From NCBI GenBank assembly GCA_030704615.1, contig CM060733.1:25730001-25794000 (forward strand): 64,000 bases of DNA, read 5' to 3'. The translations under genes were made by a program, and so were the position numbers. Source of the stretch: Takakia lepidozioides (Eukaryota; Plantae; Bryophyta). Shown here one piece after another: positions 61,576 through 64,000 of the stretch; the stretch's first letter is position 1; each line of letters opens with the position of its first letter. The notes under the pieces were generated by a model. That model saw nothing but the letters and a program-made list of their open reading frames with translations. It did no database searches and was not told the DNA's origin.

Positions 61576-64000
61576 GGTTGACTGTAGAACGATAGGCATA
61601 GATATGTTGTACATTAATTTAGGGAGGTCATCCTCCACACTGACCCAGCTTTGGAGACTGCTATCGAGTCTCCTACAAACCATTCTTTCAACCAGAAATT
61701 GATTCATAGGATGCAAGGACCCTCCCTGCAAACATTTAGCGAGGGATAGGGAATTCACCGAAGTGGATTTCCTTTCCAATTCCTCTGGGGGGCCCAATTC
61801 GGAGACAAGAAGATTCTTAGCGCAGCGGTGCTGTGATTGGTCTAGCAAGGCTTCTCTCACGCCTAATTTTGTACATCTGTTTCCGAAAAAAAACCATGCA
61901 GGCAATGTGAATGTGAGGCGCATTCATGCTGCGAGGTTTTGTGCATAGTTAGCGCACTCAACAGTAGGCTGATGTGTGCTGAGAGAGATCCAGTATGTAA
62001 CAGCGAGACGATTTGTAAAAATGCCGACCGAAGTTTCATGATGTCGCCCACGCAATTGTTCCCACATGGATTTCCTTCGCCATTCATCAGATTCTCAACA
62101 AAGTTCCAGTGCACGTGCATGCCTGCTGATCTGGATCTTTTGTGAACCACACTGTTACTTCGCTGTGGTTGATGACGAAACTCTACGAAATAAGTTCATT
62201 CCGGGGGGAAGTCCCCCTTTCTTTTCAGGAAGCCTTCACACTTTATTTTCAGTGATGTCGATTGCTTCTTCTCTGCCTACAGAGGCAGCGATGCTTGTTC
62301 ACGACAGGATCCCGAATGACGAACTTTCCGCAGAGTGTGGTTATGAAGAACGTGGACAACACTAGGATCAGGTCACCGACCGAAAGCTGTCAGTGGCCAA
62401 CTCATGCGCGGTGTCTGCACCATGCGAGCTTCTCTGGCACAGTAAAGGCACTGGAAGCTGGCGGATAGGAGAAGGTGTCAGTTGAGCGACAGGGGGGGCG
62501 TGGCATGGTGCCTGGCTGGCTGGCCAAACACAGGCCATGGCGGCCAGCCATTGCCCGGCCTCAAAGAATGTGCCAAAAGCTGCTGTAAGTACATACTACT
62601 CAGCTCCTGCCCACGGAACATTGCAACATTGCAAAGCTGGCACCTCTGTCTACCTACACCAGCCCCCCACCTTCGGCCCCTCTTACACCAGTGAAACGTG
62701 TCGGCACTGGCACACTATTTATGTTTTGGCGGCATCATTCTCCATCATTTTTTTCAACATTGTTCTCTCATTCTCGAGTCATTCTCTCCAGCAAAAATAG
62801 GAAAAGGGAAACATGGTCGATTATTGGGATACACAGTAAGCCATGATGAATGGTTTATGGAGCAGGCGGCAGTCCACTCTCTCTGTTTTTTTCTTTTTTT
62901 CCTTTTTTTTCTTTTTTAAGGGGAGTCTATGTTGAAAGTTAGTGAGTAGATGATGAATGTATGCAGAGATTATCCAACTTGGCATTCTAACAAATACGGG
63001 TAATTTGCACCATTTAAATTTTTTTTTTTTAAATCCTTATGTTTATCTTTAGCATCGTATACTTCTTTTACAACAACTACAGCAAATCAAAGAATTACAA
63101 ATATTACAAAACTACAAAAACAGGTCACCTGAACGGACTCAACATGAAAAACAGAAAATAAAATAACAATGGCATGTCCGAGGATCATGCTCCTTTACGA
63201 TAAATGTTACTGACCAGTCGGTGGATTGTTTTCGGGCAGAAATAGTCCAGTGATATTGAAGCACTGAGATTCAAATCTACAAACTGCTGCTTTTGTAAGA
63301 GGATGATGAAGTATGGGCTCGACATGATGGCAGCCACAAAGAAAATGTGCGAGAGATCACAATCCATGGTAGAGTTACCATGATGTTGCGTACTGTGAGA
63401 GCAAGCAGTCGTTATTATGACTGCTTCATCCTCCCTCGGAGCAAAGCGCGTTGGAGGAAGTTTCCATGCTCCATCCACTCGCTGCAGACCGGCTTCTCCA
63501 CAAGCAACCACAAAAGCAGGGATGTTGACCATCTCTCCCGTAAGTAGCAGCATTGGATTCCCTACACCTACCCACATCTGATGCTTGAGTCTGAAAAATA
63601 GACTTCCCCACAATAGTGTCAGAAGGGAAAGCCCGGGAGCTTCCAAAGCCGCAGCACCAACCCCCCTTCTTCTTCTACTCGTGGTTAGCAGATTCAGCCT
63701 TGAATTTGCGTTTAGGTCAGGGGCTCGGAAGAGAAACGCCCGAGGCTTGCTTCCACACGACATTGGACTTGTCTCGCAGTCTCCTCGTTGCTGCTACATG
63801 CACACGCTTTCCCCGCCGTCTGCCCTAAATTATTTATTAGGGTTTCACAATCTGCTCTGCATCAGCAGTGCAACAGTTGGAAATTAGAAAGCGAGCATGG
63901 CGGCGGGGAAAGCTCCGGCCATAGCCTTGGCACTGACTTGGTCAGGCATTCCTTTCCACGAATCTGAGCCCACTCGGAAACAAAAATAGCCTGGGTGGGA

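Noticed and set aside
61860-63900. Possible exons of another gene at the right end (e.g. 63185-63763)
   Set aside because: No recognisable protein motif and no consistent splice model.

Overview
Plant nuclear DNA, most likely from a seed-free land plant with heavy organellar RNA editing (inference: moss-like DYW:PG proteins). The left 37.6 kb is a tandem cluster of PLS-class PPR-DYW C-to-U editing factors: five with intact main exons, a sixth running off the left edge, and three remnants, with a SKP1 gene inside the cluster. The main observation is that these genes are not single-exon as the ORF track suggests. In three of the five (plus a damaged copy at the left edge), a phase-0 intron joins a transit-peptide-like exon ending WWDxRxxK to an exon starting IHPRGPDFKHK. 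The join rebuilds the PDF ssDNA-binding motif of organellar OSB proteins in front of the PPR-DYW deaminase. Two loci also carry a duplicated exon that could give a PDF-only isoform. The right half is rich in mobile elements: an intron-containing Crypton/DUF3504-like tyrosine recombinase element inserted into a MULE terminal repeat, L1-type LINEs, tRNA-derived SINEs, a TA-flanked MITE and a foldback element. It ends with an intronless GATL (GT8) gene. All splice models are read from the sequence and are not verified by transcripts.
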